DNA of 6,675 nucleotides from Escherichia coli O157:H7 (GTDB lineage Bacteria; Pseudomonadota; Gammaproteobacteria; Enterobacterales; Enterobacteriaceae): NCBI RefSeq assembly GCF_013167455.1, contig NZ_CP038331.1; one strand, 5' to 3'. Shown piece by piece: positions 6,437 to 6,675 of this stretch (position 1 is its first letter; each line of letters starts with the position of its first letter). The notes under the pieces were generated by a model. It saw only the letters and a program-made list of their open reading frames with translations, ran no database searches and was not told where the DNA came from. The position numbers and the translations under genes were made by a program.

Positions 6437-6589
6437 GGTGGTCTCCGGGTGTTTCTCTGGTGTCATAACAGTTTAACTGTTGGCTCTCTCCTTATGCTAA
6501 TCAGCCTTCTTTCATGCCTGTTGCCATTGAGTTTAAGAATGATTGGTTGTTTTTCTTGAGCGTTTTCACAAAAACGTAAATCCAGTGGG

Positions 6590-6618
6590 TTGACAGGATT
6601 TACGAGGTGACGTAACTT
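6590..6618 (+). promoter_or_regulatory. Colicin operon sigma70 promoter (serves cda across the circular junction)
   Basis: -35 TTGACA at 6590-6595, 17-bp spacer, -10 TAACTT at 6613-6618. LexA boxes lie immediately downstream and the cda ribosome-binding site and ATG are at the window start, so the layout implies a circular molecule. Confidence 0.65.
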
Positions 6619-6620
6619 TT

Positions 6621-6655
6621 TACTGTACATAAAACCAGTGGTTTTATGTACAGTT
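6621..6655 (+). promoter_or_regulatory. Tandem overlapping LexA (SOS) boxes
   Basis: TACTGTACATAAAACCAGTGGTTTTATGTACAGT: box 1 CTGT-N8-CCAG (6623-6638) overlapping box 2 ending ACAG (6650-6653). Nearly the same as the ColE1 cea dual SOS operator CTGTATATAAAACCAGTGGTTATATGTACAG as I recall it. Confidence 0.85.
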
Positions 6656-6675
6656 TGTTGTTTTTAACGCATTGT

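Noticed and set aside
6209-6559. Plus-strand ORFs of 116 and 86 aa (6209-6559, 6216-6476)
   Set aside because: Antisense to the more protein-like minus-strand ORF; translations are Cys/Phe/Gly/Ser-rich low-complexity; they would begin within 30 nt of the Xer core.
1-6675. CRISPR arrays, IS elements or transposon ends, tRNA/rRNA genes
   Set aside because: No spaced direct repeats, terminal inverted repeats with transposase ORFs, or tRNA-like structures were seen; all sizeable ORFs are accounted for by the colicin, replication and mobilisation modules.

Overview
The window reads as a complete, circularly permuted small ColE1-type colicin plasmid, not an undescribed system; everything in it belongs to well-characterised families. 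The 3' end carries a sigma70 promoter with two overlapping LexA boxes (6590-6655) that, if the ends are joined, sits just upstream of the first gene's ribosome-binding site at 13-17, the same arrangement as the ColE1 cea promoter. Gene order is: colicin D (cda, 25-2118, 697 aa, colicin B-like N-terminus with TonB box, C-terminal tRNase with His611), immunity gene cdi (2115-2378, ATGA overlap), lysis lipoprotein cdl (2448-2618), the ColE1-type replication module (RNA II, antisense RNA I, origin near 3221, bom/oriT, rom on the minus strand), a ColE1-type mobilisation operon (mbeC, mbeA relaxase, with mbeB and mbeD nested inside mbeA in another frame), a cer-like Xer site (6036-6179) and a small basic minus-strand ORF (6191-6436). 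From memory this gene set and the 6675-bp length match the colicin D plasmid pColD157 described from E. coli O157; I cannot confirm that without a database search. The items most worth a second look are an apparent +1 frameshift in a G5 run at the 3' end of cdl, the uncharacterised small ORF with a palindrome upstream, the 7-bp spacer in the Xer core, and strong compositional mosaicism (about 33% GC in the tRNase/immunity module, about 48% in the colicin N-terminus, about 60% in mob).
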